Part shown: positions 61,320 through 64,000 of the stretch, piece after piece | How positions within the stretch are numbered: position 1 is the first letter of the stretch | Layout: the number at the start of each line of letters is the position of its first letter | Source: Eledone cirrhosa | Taxonomy: Eukaryota | DNA: 64,000 bases | Reading direction: 5' to 3' | Assembly: GCA_964016885.1 (NCBI GenBank) | Contig: OZ024741.1 | Coordinates: 355,074,001-355,138,000, forward strand | Made by a program: the position numbers and the translations under genes | The notes under the pieces: generated by a model | What the model saw: the letters and a program-made list of their open reading frames with translations, nothing else | Databases searched by the model: none | Told to the model about the DNA's origin: nothing

Positions 61320-64000
61320 CTGTAGGAATCAACAAAGAAATAAGATTAGGGGTCAGCCAAAGACAGGGGTTTTATTACATAAACCTTATGTCATCATATT
61401 TCTAATGAAAGACACTGTCTATGATTTTCAAATAATTTTGAAAACAATCAGGGATTTAGTAACATAACTTAATAAAGGTTTTTATATAAAATTATGACAA
61501 GATTTTTAGATAAAATTTAAACACATCAATCTTTTCATTACCATATTTCTAATGAAAGACTCTGCCTATGATACATTCTGGAAATAATCACGAGTTTGGT
61601 GGGATTTAATAATATAACTAATATTCTCATTAACAAGCCTGATATGGTGGAAGGATTTTAAATAAATTTGAAAAAATTTGAAAATAAACAGCTGTTTCAT
61701 AGAGCCAGTGTTTCAAGTCATTTGGTATCAAAGGAGTTAAGGGCTGTATCAGTTTGTGTTGTGCAATGTAAAGATGTATATGTGTGTGTATGGTGTTTTA
61801 TGAAGTGGCATTCATGAGTCATCATCATCATTTTTATGTTGGTTTTTTGTATACTTGCATGGGTTGGATGAGACTTTTTGAGGCATTTTTTCTATGACTA
61901 GATGGTTATTCTGATGCCAATCCATATTTTATTTTTAATTATGCAAAATGTGATAACAGTTGACCCTATATTTACATGGAAAGTGGCTGTAAAAATGGTG
62001 ATGATGATGATTGTGATGTGTTATATAATGTCTCAACTTATTTCCTTCAATAGACACTGGCATAACTGTGTGGTTAAGATGCTCTCTCTTGCAACAAGTG
62101 GGTTTGGATTTGATCTCTCTGTGTGGTACTTTGGGCAAGTGTCATCTACTAAAGACTTGAGCAGACTAGTGTCTTCTGAGTGAAATTGGTAGATGGAAAC
62201 TCTCTCTCTCTCTGTGAATATGCATGTGTGTGTGTGTGCACATGAATTTGTCTTTGTGTGGCTTCGAATTTGGGCAGATGGTGATATTTGTTTGTGACAT
62301 TCAGCTCACTGGTTTCCCATGTGAAGTTCAGTGGAAGTACCTTACTTAAAAAAGAATGAATAAATCATGGGTTGGTATCAGGAAGCCACATGGCTTCGTA
62401 CTTTGGGTTTTGGATTCAGTATTGTAAGATTGTAGCTTTGATTCCCGGAGCAGTCAGTGCATTGTGTTCTTGAGGCAAATAATTTATTTCATATTGCTCA
62501 TTCTACCAGGAGTTGTAACTGGCAGATAGTATCAACAATGTAAAGATGAACAGAAACATTGATACAATCTAATCATCAGCTCCTTTCCTATGTTTTATGT
62601 CAAAAAAATTATCTAACCCTTTAGCATTAAACCATCTGTATCCAGCCAGAATTCTCTTTCTGTTCAAACCAGCCGTAAGTGGCCACTCATACTGATGTTA
62701 ACCCATTAGCATTTAAACCAGCGATATCCGGCCAGAATTTTTTCACCGCTTTCTGTTCAAACCGGCCATAACTGGCCACTCATACTGATGTTAAGGTATT
62801 GTTCTCAAAATAAATAATATCAAAATCTCATAGATTCAATATGTGAGATAAAGCCTTTACCGTAAAAATACAATAGCATATATAGAGTAATGTAAATGCT
62901 AAAGGGCTAATCACACAAAAACTGCCTCAAAATATCCCATCCAATCAACACCAGTATGGAGAAGCAGATGTAAAAATGATCATGATGATGACAATGGTAA
63001 AAATACTTTCATATATAGCATACATTTAGATTATGATAATGAAAATTATTGTGTACAGTGCTCAGGTGCAATACAACTCATTAAAGGTGCATGTGTAGTA
63101 CATAGAATAATGTAAAAATGTCAGGAAAGTGAACAGCGTATGAGTCATGATATACACACAGATGCATGCAGTATATCTTGTACATCGAAATTTGGTTCTT
63201 TAATAGAAGAAAGGTTTTAAATCTCTTTCTCTTATTGTCTCTCTCTGTATCTATCTCTCTCTCTCTTCCTTTGTCTTATCTGTCTGTCTTTCCCTTTCTC
63301 TGCCTGTTTATCTCTCTCTCTCTCTCTCTGACACACACACACACAATATACATATGCATAAATATACACACTTAACACACAGATATACATACACATACAA
63401 ATAAACTTGCACATACACATAAACTTGCACATGCACACATCTGGTTGTCATGGAAACAGTTGGAAGAGTGGGTAAACCTTGCTTAAGGCTAATTAACTAT
63501 GTAACAACACCAACAATGAAAAAGTAAAAGGGGTGAAAATTAAATACACAGGAATTAAGGGAGTTAATCTGATGATGATGCTGATTGTTTCTACTTTAGG
63601 CACAAGGCCAGCAATTTGAAGGGGAGGGGAAAGTCGATTAAATCGACCCCAGTGCTTTATTTTATCAACCCTGTAAGGATGAAAGGCAAAGCTAACCTCG
63701 GTGGGATTTGAAATCAGAATGTAAAGGGACGTAACTCTGTGCCGCATGGTGTCCAAAGCTTTACCAATACTGCCAATCGACCGCCCATAGTAATAATGAT
63801 TTCTAGTATAGACACAAGGCCAGTAATTTGGGGGAGGGGAAAATCGATTAAATCGACCCCAGTACGTTACTGGTGCATTATTTTATCAACCCTGTAAGGA
63901 TGAAAGGCAAAGTTAACCTCAGCGGGATTTGAACTCAGATCATAATGGGCGAAACTCTGTACCGCAAAGCATGGCGTCCAACCCTCTACCGATACTGCTA

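Noticed and set aside
63444-63457. RFX X-box-like GTTGTCATGGAAAC
   Set aside because: Single motif within repeat-rich sequence, no identifiable TSS

Overview
AT-rich, repeat-dense eukaryotic genomic DNA; the SINE/RTE/microsatellite make-up points to an octopus-type cephalopod (inference). Two convergent intron-containing host genes are present. On +, the last 10 coding exons of CWF19L1 (22-17600), including an AT-AC U12-type intron (11241-12520). On -, an uncharacterised type II membrane protein (exons 61319 to 34612) with a Tyr/NPxY cytoplasmic tail, one TM helix, a coiled coil, a two-triplet collagen stub and a 6-Cys C-terminal domain. Introns and the intergenic region hold RTE LINEs with a PHD-like finger, RTE-derived and tRNA-derived SINEs, TTAA and hAT MITEs, a Helitron-like insert with a CRE-containing minisatellite, and very long (TA)n arrays. 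The most unusual signal is a set of about ten sequence-distinct type I hammerhead-ribozyme motifs, mostly in inverted or fold-back units and usually next to (TA)n. They include a 5'-truncated Naiad-type Penelope element with an open GIY-YIG frame and two unrelated, circularly permuted ~530-540 nt non-coding monomers resembling retrozymes. All calls were made by eye; no database search or folding was run.
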